64,000 nt of DNA from contig CAAFYZ010000028.1 of the NCBI GenBank assembly GCA_900767415.1, positions 22,987-86,986 of the forward strand. Reading direction: 5' to 3'. The DNA is from Clostridia bacterium (lineage in GTDB: Bacteria; Bacillota; Clostridia; Oscillospirales; CAG-272). The notes under the pieces were generated by a model. It did not search any database, was not told where the DNA came from, and was given only the letters and a program-made list of their open reading frames with translations. How positions within the stretch are numbered: position 1 is the stretch's first letter; each line of letters begins with the position of its first letter. The position numbers and the translations under genes were made by a program. Of this stretch, positions 8,357 to 17,409 are shown one piece after another.

Positions 8357-9772
8357 ATGCAGGACAACGAAAACCGCACGGACGACGTGCGTGAAGTACA
8401 TGAGACCCCGGACCTTGCCGAAGTGGCGGAGGAACTTCGGCAGAAGATCGACGAGAGAGATTTTGCCGGCTTCCGTGCCGAGATCTCGACGCTGAACCCG
8501 ACCGACATCGCCGAACTCTTCGATGAGATCCCCGAAGAGTACGAAGGTCGCTTTTTCCGCCTTCTTTCCAAAGAGGACGCGGCAAAAGCGTTTGTCGATA
8601 TGGACTCCGACAGACAGGAAAAAATCATCAACTCCTTCACCGACCGCGAACTTGCCGAGATTCTGGACGAGCTTTTCCTTGACGATACCGTCGATATCAT
8701 CGAGGAGATGCCCGCGAACGTCGTGAAGAGAATTCTCCGCAACTCCACACCCGAAAACCGCAATATCATCAATCAGCTTCTCCGTTATCCGAAGGACAGT
8801 GCCGGCACGATTATGACGACCGAGTACGTCCGCTTTACCAAGACGATGACGGTGGAGCAGGCACTCGCGCACATCCGTCGCGTCGCCATCGATAAGGAAA
8901 CCATCTATACCTGTTACGTGACCGATGCGGACAGACATCTGCTCGGCATCGTTACGGCAAAGGCCCTGATGATCTCTCCTCTCACCACCCGTCTTGAAGA
9001 TATCATGGAGGAGAACGTGATCTCGGTCGATACCGAAGAGGACAAAGAGGACGTCGCGAAGGTTTTCGACCGCTACGGATTCCTCGCGCTTCCCGTCGTT
9101 GACAAAGAGAACCGACTGGTCGGTATCATCACCATCGACGATGCCATGAGCGTCATGCACGACGAGACGGAAGAAGACTTCGCGAAGATCGCCGGTATGA
9201 CCCCCACCGAGACTTCCTATCTGAAGACCGGACCCTTCCGCCTCTTCCTTTCGAGAATCCCGTGGCTTCTTCTGCTGATGATCTCCGCGACCTTTTCGAG
9301 TACCATTCTGAACCGCTTCGAGGCGGCACTCCCCGCCGTTCTGATCCTCTTCGTCCCCATGCTGATGGATACGGGAGGGAACGCGGGCGGTCAGTCTTCC
9401 GTCACCGTGATCCGCGGCATTTCCCTCGGAGAACTCTCTTTTTCCGACCTTCTCGCCTCCGTCTGGAAGGAACTCCGGGTCGGTATCCTCTGCGGCGGTG
9501 CGCTTGCCGTCGTCTCGTTTTGCAAGGTGATGCTGGTCGACCATGTCATCATGCAGAATCCGAACGTTACCGTGACCGTCGCTCTCGCCGTTGCCATCTC
9601 GCTCGCTCTTACCGTTATCGTGGCGAAGCTGATCGGCTGCCTTCTTCCGCTTTTTGCCGCGAAGATCGGACTTGACCCTGCCGTGATGGCGTCTCCTTTC
9701 ATCACGACGATCGTAGACGCACTTTCTCTGCTTTTGTACTTCGTGATTGCGGCGAAAGTCTTCGGATTGTAA
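8357..9772 (+). CDS. mgtE: magnesium transporter MgtE
   Basis: N-domain (DIAELFDEIP), tandem CBS region and C-terminal TM domain with PMLMDTGGNAGGQSS motif. Confidence 0.95.
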   Translation: MQDNENRTDDVREVHETPDLAEVAEELRQKIDERDFAGFRAEISTLNPTDIAELFDEIPEEYEGRFFRLLSKEDAAKAFVDMDSDRQEKIINSFTDRELAEILDELFLDDTVDIIEEMPANVVKRILRNSTPENRNIINQLLRYPKDSAGTIMTTEYVRFTKTMTVEQALAHIRRVAIDKETIYTCYVTDADRHLLGIVTAKALMISPLTTRLEDIMEENVISVDTEEDKEDVAKVFDRYGFLALPVVDKENRLVGIITIDDAMSVMHDETEEDFAKIAGMTPTETSYLKTGPFRLFLSRIPWLLLLMISATFSSTILNRFEAALPAVLILFVPMLMDTGGNAGGQSSVTVIRGISLGELSFSDLLASVWKELRVGILCGGALAVVSFCKVMLVDHVIMQNPNVTVTVALAVAISLALTVIVAKLIGCLLPLFAAKIGLDPAVMASPFITTIVDALSLLLYFVIAAKVFGL

Positions 9773-9793
9773 AGTTATGTATGCAATTTTGAT

Positions 9794-9832
9794 AAAAAAT
9801 CCCGGTTCTTCCGATGAGAACCGGGATTTTTT
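9794..9832. terminator. bidirectional terminator between mgtE and the M23 peptidase gene
   Basis: Stem ATCCCGGTTCT/AGAACCGGGAT flanked by A-run and T-run. Confidence 0.85.
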
Positions 9833-9838
9833 ATCCTC

Positions 9839-10516
9839 TTACGCCTCCTTCTCTTCGATGCCGAGAGATGCCTTTTTCGACGCTTCGCTGATATAGTCGA
9901 GCGGGTTGACCGTCTCGCCGTTTACCCGCACGGCGAAGTGAAGGTGCGGCTCTTCGGCGATCTCCGAGACGGCGCTGTCGCCGACGGTGCCGATCTTTTC
10001 GCCCGCAGCGATCGCTTTTCCTTCCGCCATGCCGTCGGCGAGCGCCCGGTCGAGATTTGCATACACGGTGACGATCCCGCCCTCGTGCGTGATCTCCACG
10101 CTCGTGCCGAGCATCGGGTCGTCCGAGATCTTCGTGAGCGTGCCGGGTGCGCTTGCATAGACTTCGGCACCCTCGTCGGTCACAATGTCAATGCCGGTGT
10201 GCATTTTCCAGGCACCGAGCGTCGTCGAAAAGACGGGGACGGTGAGAGAATGCCCGGTCGATACCTTCCCGACCAGAGGCGAGACGAAGGTCAGAGGTTC
10301 CTTCGGCTTTTCTTCGGGGACGGGTTTTTTCTCGTCCGGCTTTCCGCCGTCGTCGACGACGGGCGGATTCTCGTCCGGTTTGATTTCCGTCGGCTTTCTG
10401 TTCGCGGCGGCGACGATACCGACGACGATGGCACTGATGCAGAGGATGGCGATGACCGCTCCGTAGACCACCTTGGAGGTCAGGGGCAGGTCGCTGAACT
10501 TGAATTTCTTTTCCAT
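9839..10516 (-). CDS. M23 family metallopeptidase, membrane-anchored
   Basis: N-terminal TM, Pro/Lys-rich linker, LytM motifs HTGIDI (HxxxD) and HLHF (HxH) intact. Confidence 0.88.
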   Translation of the reverse strand: MEKKFKFSDLPLTSKVVYGAVIAILCISAIVVGIVAAANRKPTEIKPDENPPVVDDGGKPDEKKPVPEEKPKEPLTFVSPLVGKVSTGHSLTVPVFSTTLGAWKMHTGIDIVTDEGAEVYASAPGTLTKISDDPMLGTSVEITHEGGIVTVYANLDRALADGMAEGKAIAAGEKIGTVGDSAVSEIAEEPHLHFAVRVNGETVNPLDYISEASKKASLGIEEKEA

Positions 10517-10705
10517 GATCCATTTCCTTTCCTGTTTTCTGTTGGTATTCTTTTCGGGAATCCCGCTTTTTATTCATATTTTTTCCGTTTTGTGCGGGAA
10601 AACGGAAAAAATCCGTTGCCCCCGCGGGAACTTTCGACAAAAATATTGACAAGCACTCTTTTTTGCGTTATAATTATGAGTACTTTATTTATTTTGGAGT
10701 CAGTC

Positions 10706-11530
10706 ATGAACAAGATTTCTCTTGCCGGTGACCTCGGCAGCGGAAAAAGTACCATTGCGAAAATTCTGATCGAACGCCTCGGCGCGGAGTATTATTCCAC
10801 CGGTGCGATTGTCCGCGAGATCGCGCAAAAGCACGGAATGACCGTCCTCGCGCTCAATGAGTATATGGAAACGCACCGGGAGATCGACAGGGAGATCGAC
10901 GACGGACTGCGCCGTCTCGGAGACGATCCGCGCGCGCTCGTCATCGATTCCCGCATGGCATGGCATTTTACCGCCGGCACGTTCAAGGTTTATCTTTCCA
11001 CCGACCCGGAGACGAGCGCGCTCCGCATTATGAAAGAGCATCGCACGGGAGAACACGCCGAGACGCTCGCCGCGACGATCGCCGAGACGGCGAGCCGCAG
11101 GGCAAGCGAGAAAAAACGGTATTTCGAGCTTTACGGCGTGAACATCAAGGACCTTTCCAATTACGACCTCGTAATCGACACGACGAAGGCGACGCCCGAG
11201 CGGATCGCCGCCGCCATTCTTGCCGCGTTTGAAAAGAAGAACGCGGGACAGGCGTATGCCCCTCTTCTCCTCTCGCCCGAGCGCATCTATTATGAAGACG
11301 ACGCCCCCGACGAAGAGAAGGTGCGTGCCCTCATCCGTGCGATGGAGCGCGGAGAGTCCCTCCCGCTCGCCGAAGTGTGCGAGTGCGACGGAGAATTCCG
11401 TCTGATCGGCGGCGCGGAGAGCGTGCTTGCCTACGTGCTCGGCGAAGAGGACTTTTTGCCCGCGCGCCTTGTCCCTATGCCGTCCGATACCGCGAAAAAA
11501 ACCTATGTCCGAATGAAAGACTCTCTCTGA
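10706..11530 (+). CDS. cytidylate-kinase-like P-loop protein with ParB/Srx-like C-terminal domain
   Basis: Start ATG 10706 (RBS GGAG). P-loop GDLGSGKST and CMP-kinase-like core in res 1-185. Res ~190-274 follow the ParB N-domain spacing pattern (see finding). The upstream part of track ORF 9938..11530 is antisense to the M23 gene. Confidence 0.75.
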   Translation: MNKISLAGDLGSGKSTIAKILIERLGAEYYSTGAIVREIAQKHGMTVLALNEYMETHREIDREIDDGLRRLGDDPRALVIDSRMAWHFTAGTFKVYLSTDPETSALRIMKEHRTGEHAETLAATIAETASRRASEKKRYFELYGVNIKDLSNYDLVIDTTKATPERIAAAILAAFEKKNAGQAYAPLLLSPERIYYEDDAPDEEKVRALIRAMERGESLPLAEVCECDGEFRLIGGAESVLAYVLGEEDFLPARLVPMPSDTAKKTYVRMKDSL

Positions 11531-11548
11531 GTGCCGAAAGGATCGTAT

Positions 11549-13297
11549 ATGCAAAAACTCAAACAGCAGATTGCCGAGGCGGTCTCCGCCTCCGCCGCCC
11601 GGAAGTTCGCCGGGGCGGCACTGACCCCCGCCGACATTGCGGCGAATCTCGAATACCCTCCCGACCCCGCGATGGGCGAGCTTGCCCTTCCGTGTTTCCG
11701 CCTGTCGAAGGTTCTTCGCCGTTCTCCGAAGGAGATCGCCGAGACGCTCGCCGCGGATTTTTCCTGCGACGGGATTGTCGGCGCCGACGCGGTGAACGGG
11801 TATCTGAACTTCCGTATTGACGGTACGGCACTTGCCGCGCGCATCGTCCCCGAGATTCTGACGAACGATTCTTACGGTTCGCCGATGAACGGCGTCGGCA
11901 AGACGGTCGTTCTCGATTATTCCTCGCCCAACGTCGCAAAGCCCTTTCACATCGGGCATCTCGGCACGACGGTGATCGGCCATTCGCTGAAACTTCTGCA
12001 CGAGTTCGCGGGGTATCGCTGTATCGGGATCAACTATCTCGGTGACTGGGGCACCCAGTTCGGAAAACTGATCGTCGCCTACAAGATGTGGGGCAGCAAA
12101 GAAGAAGTGGAGGCGGGCGGCGTCGATGCGCTGGTTGCCCTCTATGTGCGGATCAACAACGAGATCAAGGCGGAAGAAGATGCCTCGTCGGCAAAGAATC
12201 CGGAAGGGAAGAAGTCCTCGCACCTTGCCGATCTCGCCCGTGCCGAATTCAAAAAACTCGAAGAGCACGACGAAGAGAACATCGCGCTGTGGAAATGGTT
12301 CGTCTCGGTCAGTCTCAAAGAGTATGAGAAAACCTATCGTCTTCTCGGGATCGCCTTCGACAGTTATAAAGGCGAATCCTTCTATACCGATAAGATGCCC
12401 GCCGAGGTGGAAAAACTCCGCAGCATGGGTCTTCTCACGATTGACGACGGCGCGTCGATTGTCGATCTCTCGAAGTGGAATATGCCTCCCTGCCTGATTC
12501 TGAAGCGGGACGGCTCCACCCTCTACCCGACCCGCGATATTGCCGCCGCCGTCTATCGCTACGATACCTATCATTTTGACAAAGCGATTTATGTCACGAG
12601 TGCCGCACAGTCCCTTCACTTTGCCCAGTGGTTCAAGGTGGTGGAGCTGATGGGATACGACTGGTATGACCGTTTGGTTCACGTCCCCTACGGCACCGTC
12701 AGTATCAACGGGATGAAACTTGCGACCCGCACCGGCAACGTCATTTTGCTGAAAGATCTCTTTGCCGAGGCGATCTCCCGTGTCGAAGAGATTGCAAAAG
12801 AGAAGCACCCCGACCCCGCAGAGTGTCGTGCCATCGCCGAGAAGGTCGGCGTCGGCGCGATCGTCTTCTATTATCTTTCCAACAACCGGATGCGCGACAT
12901 CAACTTTATGATGGAAGACGCCCTCACCTTTGACGGGAACACGGGTCCCTATGCGCAGTATACGTATGCGCGCACCTGCTCGGTGCTTGAGAAAGCGCCC
13001 GGAGAGCATACGCCGACGGGAGTGCCCCTCTCGCCGAAAGAGTGCGATCTGGTCAGGACGCTTTCGCTCTTCCCCGAGAAGGTCGCGGCGGCGATCGCGG
13101 ATTACGAGCCGTCGGTCGTCACCCGGTATATTCTCGATCTTTGCGCGGCGTTCAACGGATTTTATCACGATTGCCCGATCCTGACGTCGGAGAATGCACA
13201 GGAGAGGGAGAACCGTCTCGCTCTGACTGCCGCGACCCGCCGCGTTCTCGGACGCGCCCTGCATCTCATCTGTATGCAGACCCCCGAGAAAATCTGA
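11549..13297 (+). CDS. argS: arginine--tRNA ligase
   Basis: SSPNVAKPFHIGHLGTT (HIGH), class I core, DALR-type anticodon-binding C-terminus; start MQKLKQQ with RBS AAAGGA. Confidence 0.95.
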   Translation: MQKLKQQIAEAVSASAARKFAGAALTPADIAANLEYPPDPAMGELALPCFRLSKVLRRSPKEIAETLAADFSCDGIVGADAVNGYLNFRIDGTALAARIVPEILTNDSYGSPMNGVGKTVVLDYSSPNVAKPFHIGHLGTTVIGHSLKLLHEFAGYRCIGINYLGDWGTQFGKLIVAYKMWGSKEEVEAGGVDALVALYVRINNEIKAEEDASSAKNPEGKKSSHLADLARAEFKKLEEHDEENIALWKWFVSVSLKEYEKTYRLLGIAFDSYKGESFYTDKMPAEVEKLRSMGLLTIDDGASIVDLSKWNMPPCLILKRDGSTLYPTRDIAAAVYRYDTYHFDKAIYVTSAAQSLHFAQWFKVVELMGYDWYDRLVHVPYGTVSINGMKLATRTGNVILLKDLFAEAISRVEEIAKEKHPDPAECRAIAEKVGVGAIVFYYLSNNRMRDINFMMEDALTFDGNTGPYAQYTYARTCSVLEKAPGEHTPTGVPLSPKECDLVRTLSLFPEKVAAAIADYEPSVVTRYILDLCAAFNGFYHDCPILTSENAQERENRLALTAATRRVLGRALHLICMQTPEKI

Positions 13298-13345
13298 TCG
13301 TTTCAACAGGAATTCAAAATCGCCGCACTGCGGCAGGAGGTATAT

Positions 13346-14071
13346 ATGTCCGGACATTCCAAGTGGAATAATATCAAACACAAGAAAGAAAAATCCGATG
13401 CCGCAAAGGCGAAGATCTTTACCAAGATCGGTAAAGAGATGGCGGTTGCCATCAAGGCGGGCGGCCCCGACCCCGCGGTCAATGGGAAACTGCGCGACCT
13501 GATCGCGAAGGCGAAGGCGAACAACGTCCCGAACGACAACATTCAGAGAACGATCAAGAAGTTCTCCGAGAACAACGACATCGTCTACGAAGAGATCAGC
13601 TATGAGGGCTACGGTCCTTCGGGCGTCGCTATCATCGTCGAGACCTCGACCGATAACCGCAACCGTACGGCGGGCAACGTGCGCGCCTGGTTCAACAAGT
13701 ACGGCGGCAACATGGGACAGAACGGATGCGTCTCCTTCATGTTTGAGGAGAAGGGTGTCATTACCATCCTTGACGAAGACGACGAGATCGACGAGGACAA
13801 AATCATGGAGGACGCGCTCGAATGTGGCGCCGAGGACATCAAGTCCGACGACGGCGAGTATTCCGTCTATACCGCTCCCGACGACCTTGACGCCGTCCGC
13901 GATGCCATTATTGCAAAGGGCTATAAGATCGACACCGCCGACCTTGCGAAGGTTCCGTCCACCTACGTTACCTTGGACAACCCCGACGACATCGAAAATA
14001 TGGAAAAAATGCTCGACAAGTTCAACGAAGACGACGACGTAACCGCCGTTTACACGAACTGGGACAACTGA
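13346..14071 (+). CDS. yebC: YebC/PmpR family DNA-binding transcriptional regulator
   Basis: MSGHSKWNNIKHKK...NVPNDNIQRTIKK canonical YebC N-terminus. Confidence 0.95.
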   Translation: MSGHSKWNNIKHKKEKSDAAKAKIFTKIGKEMAVAIKAGGPDPAVNGKLRDLIAKAKANNVPNDNIQRTIKKFSENNDIVYEEISYEGYGPSGVAIIVETSTDNRNRTAGNVRAWFNKYGGNMGQNGCVSFMFEEKGVITILDEDDEIDEDKIMEDALECGAEDIKSDDGEYSVYTAPDDLDAVRDAIIAKGYKIDTADLAKVPSTYVTLDNPDDIENMEKMLDKFNEDDDVTAVYTNWDN

Positions 14072-14080
14072 GATGAATCG

Positions 14081-14112
14081 AAAAAACGCTTCCGCCTCAC
14101 GGAAGCGTTTTT
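14081..14112 (+). terminator. terminator after yebC
   Basis: AAAAAACGCTTCCG-cctcac-GGAAGCGTTTTTT. Confidence 0.85.
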
Positions 14113-14119
14113 TCGATTC

Positions 14120-14199
14120 GTGATATCGCTTGCTTCGCTCACAGTGATATTTGTCTTCGACAAGAGAAGCGGTGAGAGGGAAGAATCGTATCGTACGAT
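14120..14199. repeat. smaller GTGATAT heptamer and mini-hairpin element next to the yebC terminator
   Basis: GTGATAT at 14120 and 14144 (24-nt spacing). Hairpins TTGTC-ttc-GACAA (14151-14163) and ATCGTA-tcg-TACGAT (14185-14199). Confidence 0.7.
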
Positions 14200-14260
14200 A
14201 TTTCGTCTTCCGCGCCCGGATTTATAATATAAAAATTTTTCAAAAATAAAAAGGTTTTTC

Positions 14261-14289
14261 TTGACAAATTTTCTGCGATATGATACACT
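14261..14289 (+). promoter_or_regulatory. promoter of the SPFH/zinc-ribbon/TPM operon
   Basis: TTGACA, 17 nt, TGa-TACACT. Confidence 0.55.
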
Positions 14290-14328
14290 GAAAGCAGAAA
14301 AATCTACCCGTTGAAGGAGGATATATTC

Positions 14329-15582
14329 ATGGGAATCATCAAGGCAACACTCTCCGCCATCGGAGGCGGTCTCGCCGATCAATGGATTGAGGCGTTCGAA
14401 GCGGATAATATGAGCGACACCACCGTCTTTACCAAAGGGGTGAAAGTCCGCAAAAACGATAAGAGAAACAGCAACAAAAAAGGCACGGAGGATTTTATCA
14501 CCGACGGTTCTCTTGTGCACGTTTATCCGAACCAGTTCATGATTCTGGTCGACGGCGGTAAAATCATCGACTACACTGCGGAAGAGGGATATTATAAAGT
14601 AGACAACAAGGCGGCGCCCTCGCTCTTTAACGGCAACCTCGGCGGTGCCATCAAGGAGAGCTTCTCCCGTATCAAATACGGCGGTATTCCGACGCAGAAG
14701 CAGAAGATCTTCTTCATCAACCTGCAGGAGATCAAGGGCATTCGTTTCGGCACCCGCACGCCCGTCAACTATTTTGACAATTTCTACAACTCCGAGCTTT
14801 TCCTGCGCGCGCACGGTACCTATTCGATCAAGATTACCGACCCCATCAAGTTCTATATGGAAGCCATTCCGAAGAACGCCGACCGTGTCGAGATCGACGC
14901 GATCAACGAGCAGTATCTCTCGGAATTTCTGGAGGCACTCCAGAGCGCGATCAACAGAATGTCCGCAGACGGAATCCGTATCTCTTACGTTACGTCGAAG
15001 TCACGGGAACTCTCCGACTACATGGCGACCGAACTTGACGAAGAGTGGAAGTCGATGCGCGGTTTCGAGGTACAGGCGGTCGGTATCGCCAGCATCTCCT
15101 ATGACGACGATTCCAAAGAACTCATCAATATGCGCAACAAGGGTGCGATGCTCGGCGACGCTTCGGTCAGAGAAGGGTATGTGCAGGGCAGTATCGCCCG
15201 CGGAATCGAAAATGCGGGGAGCAACGCCGGCGGTTCTACCGGTGCCTTCGTCGGTATGGGAATCGGCATGGGCGCGGCAGGGAACTTTATGGCGACCGCA
15301 TCCGAGACCAACCGTGAACAGATGAAAGCGCAGAAAGAAGCCGCGGCGGCAGGCGGTTGGGTCTGCTCCTGCGGTGCGAAGAACACGGGAAGATTCTGCG
15401 CCGAGTGCGGCAAGCCGAAGCCCGAGGAGGGCTGGACCTGCTCCTGCGGTGCGAAGAACACGGGTAAATTCTGCTCCGAATGCGGGAAACCCCGTCCCGC
15501 CGACAGCTGGGTCTGCTCCTGCGGCGCGAAGAATCCCGCTTCCGCGAAATTCTGCGGAGAATGCGGGAAAAAGCACGAATAA
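14329..15582 (+). CDS. SPFH/Band-7-like protein with three C-terminal zinc ribbons (YdjI/COG4260-like)
   Basis: Start MGIIKATL (RBS GGAGG). Body resembles B. subtilis YdjI; Gly/Met-rich linker, then 3x W-x-CSCGAKN-x5-FC-x-ECGK. Confidence 0.8.
   Translation: MGIIKATLSAIGGGLADQWIEAFEADNMSDTTVFTKGVKVRKNDKRNSNKKGTEDFITDGSLVHVYPNQFMILVDGGKIIDYTAEEGYYKVDNKAAPSLFNGNLGGAIKESFSRIKYGGIPTQKQKIFFINLQEIKGIRFGTRTPVNYFDNFYNSELFLRAHGTYSIKITDPIKFYMEAIPKNADRVEIDAINEQYLSEFLEALQSAINRMSADGIRISYVTSKSRELSDYMATELDEEWKSMRGFEVQAVGIASISYDDDSKELINMRNKGAMLGDASVREGYVQGSIARGIENAGSNAGGSTGAFVGMGIGMGAAGNFMATASETNREQMKAQKEAAAAGGWVCSCGAKNTGRFCAECGKPKPEEGWTCSCGAKNTGKFCSECGKPRPADSWVCSCGAKNPASAKFCGECGKKHE
15358..15582 (+). repeat. 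3 x 75-nt in-frame tandem repeat encoding zinc ribbons
   Basis: TGG-codon-anchored units start at 15358, 15433 and 15508. Each encodes W-x-CSCGAKN...FC-x-ECGK. Confidence 0.9.
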
Positions 15583-16632
15583 ATGGCAACCGTAACCTAC
15601 CGTTGCCCGAACTGCGACGCCGGTCTTGTCTTTGACGCGAACAAGCAGAAATTCGTCTGTGAATTCTGCCTTTCCGAGTTTACGAAGGAAGAACTCGACA
15701 AGACCGCGAGCGCAGAGCGGGCGGAGAAACAGGCAGAGGCGGACGCCGCCTTTTCCGATGCCGTCAGAGAATACCATTGTCCCTCCTGCGGAGCGGAGGT
15801 TGTGACGGATAAGGAGACGGTGGCGAACTTCTGCTATTATTGCCACAACCCCGTGGTTCTGACCGACCGCGTCAGCGGTATGATGCGCCCCTCGAAGGTC
15901 ATTCCTTTCAAGTTCGATAAGCAGGGCGCGATCGACGCTTTTCTCGCTTATACGAAGAAAAAGCACTTTCTTCCGACAAACTACTTTGACGACGCGCAGA
16001 TCGACAAGATGTCGGGCGTCTACTTTCCCTATTGGGTGACCGATGCGGACACGACGGGGCACTACCATGCGCGCGGTCATCGCGTCCGTACATGGCGCGC
16101 CGGCGACTATCAGTATACCGAGGTTAAGGATTACGATATTTACCGTCGCGGAGAGATTCACTTCGAGGACATCACCACCTCGGCACTTTCCACCGCGGAT
16201 AAGAAGATGCTCGAGGGCATTCTCCCGTATCCGACTGAGGCGCACATCGACTTCGATATGCCCTATCTGCTCGGCTATCAGGCGAAAAAAAGGGACATCG
16301 ACCGCGAGGCGCTGAACGGGGAAGTGCGCGGAAAAATGCAGGGGTATGCGCAGACGCTCCTTGCCGCTACCGCAAACGACTATACGTCCAAAGACAACGA
16401 AAGGTGCGATCTGCTTGTCGGACACGCCGCGTGGGAATACACGCTGTTGCCCGTCTGGATTCTGACCTATCGCGACAAAAAGGACAAGATTTTCACCTAT
16501 GCGATGAACGGCTACACGGGGAAAATTTACGGTGAACTTCCCGTCAGTTTCTGGAAGATTCTCCTCCTTGCGCTCGGCACGTTTGCCGCCGCATTTTTGA
16601 TCTTTTTCCTGATGGGGAGGTTTCTTCTCTGA
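15583..16632 (+). CDS. double zinc-ribbon membrane protein (YdjG-like)
   Basis: CPNC...CEFC and CPSC...CYYC ribbons at the N-terminus, single C-terminal TM; ATG directly abuts the upstream stop. Confidence 0.75.
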   Translation: MATVTYRCPNCDAGLVFDANKQKFVCEFCLSEFTKEELDKTASAERAEKQAEADAAFSDAVREYHCPSCGAEVVTDKETVANFCYYCHNPVVLTDRVSGMMRPSKVIPFKFDKQGAIDAFLAYTKKKHFLPTNYFDDAQIDKMSGVYFPYWVTDADTTGHYHARGHRVRTWRAGDYQYTEVKDYDIYRRGEIHFEDITTSALSTADKKMLEGILPYPTEAHIDFDMPYLLGYQAKKRDIDREALNGEVRGKMQGYAQTLLAATANDYTSKDNERCDLLVGHAAWEYTLLPVWILTYRDKKDKIFTYAMNGYTGKIYGELPVSFWKILLLALGTFAAAFLIFFLMGRFLL

Positions 16633-17384
16633 TGAAAAGACAACATCTGTTTGCATTTTTGCTTGTTTTTACCCTGCTTTTTGCCGTTTTTTCTCTTTCC
16701 GTCTTTGCTTATGATTCGGAATCGACTACCATCGGCGAACCGGTTTTTCATGACGACGGCTTCCTTACGGTGTCGGAGCGGGCGCGCGTGATCCGTGCGC
16801 TTACCGACGCACAGGAGAAGAGCGGGGTGCACTTCGGTGCGCTCCTCTACCGCACGGCGTACGACGGCGGTGCGTACCATAACCGTATGAAAGGTGAGGA
16901 CAGTGTCCTCCTTATCGTCTGGCAGGAGAACGGTGTGTACCGCTACGAACTCTTCACCTACGGGACGGCGAACGACGAGATGACCGACCGGGAGGCGGAT
17001 GCCGTTCTGGACGCCGACGACGTGTATAACAATATCAAGGGCGGGCGTCTTGCCGACGGCATCTGCGCTTTTGCCACGCGCGCGGCGGACGCGGTGATCC
17101 CCGATCCGAATGCGGCGGCGAAAAAGACCGCACGCACGGTACTGTTTTCCGTTCTTCTTGCGCTTTCCTGCGCATTGGCTGTTTCGGGTGCGGTGGTGTA
17201 TCGGTATAAGAAGAAACTGAAAGCGCCGATCTACCCGCTTGACCGCTATGCCCGTTTGAACCTCGTCGACCGCGGCGACACCTTCCTTACCGCGCACGTC
17301 ACGCGCGTGCGGGTTTCCTCTCCCTCGAATTCTTCGGGCGGAGGAGGCGGCGGGGGTGGCGGAGGCAGTCGCGGCAGCCGCTGA
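16632..17384 (+). CDS. TPM-domain membrane protein (YdjH/YgcG-like) with poly-Gly tail
   Basis: Signal/TM, TPM-like FLTVSERARVIRALTDAQEKSG, C-terminal TM, then GGGGGGGGGSRGSR. TGATG overlap with the upstream gene. Confidence 0.75.
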   Translation: MKRQHLFAFLLVFTLLFAVFSLSVFAYDSESTTIGEPVFHDDGFLTVSERARVIRALTDAQEKSGVHFGALLYRTAYDGGAYHNRMKGEDSVLLIVWQENGVYRYELFTYGTANDEMTDREADAVLDADDVYNNIKGGRLADGICAFATRAADAVIPDPNAAAKKTARTVLFSVLLALSCALAVSGAVVYRYKKKLKAPIYPLDRYARLNLVDRGDTFLTAHVTRVRVSSPSNSSGGGGGGGGGGSRGSR

Positions 17385-17409
17385 GTTCCGAATATTGCGA
17401 TTTATGCCG

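Noticed and set aside
6567-8585. 672-aa minus-strand ORF. Similar very long antisense ORFs are 10700..13381(-), 15001..16656(-), 19381..20787(-), 21193..22302(-), 27624..29132(-), 30657..33221(-), 49430..51871(-), 53807..55453(-) and 60300..62930(-).
   Set aside because: Each lies opposite a confidently identified gene (murC, argS, the SPFH operon, uvrA, nnr, the LRR gene, tex, rimO, pnp). They have Arg/Gly/Pro-rich low-information sequence and lack RBSs. Stop-codon depletion on the antisense strand is expected in high-GC DNA.
9938-10705. N-terminal 256-codon extension of the cytidylate-kinase-like ORF in the track.
   Set aside because: The extension is antisense to the M23 peptidase gene and crosses the intergenic promoter region. 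A proper RBS and ATG at 10706 begin the recognisable P-loop protein.
11531-11548. T-box leader expected upstream of argS.
   Set aside because: Only 18 nt separate argS from the upstream stop, leaving no room for a T-box. argS appears co-transcribed with the kinase-like gene.
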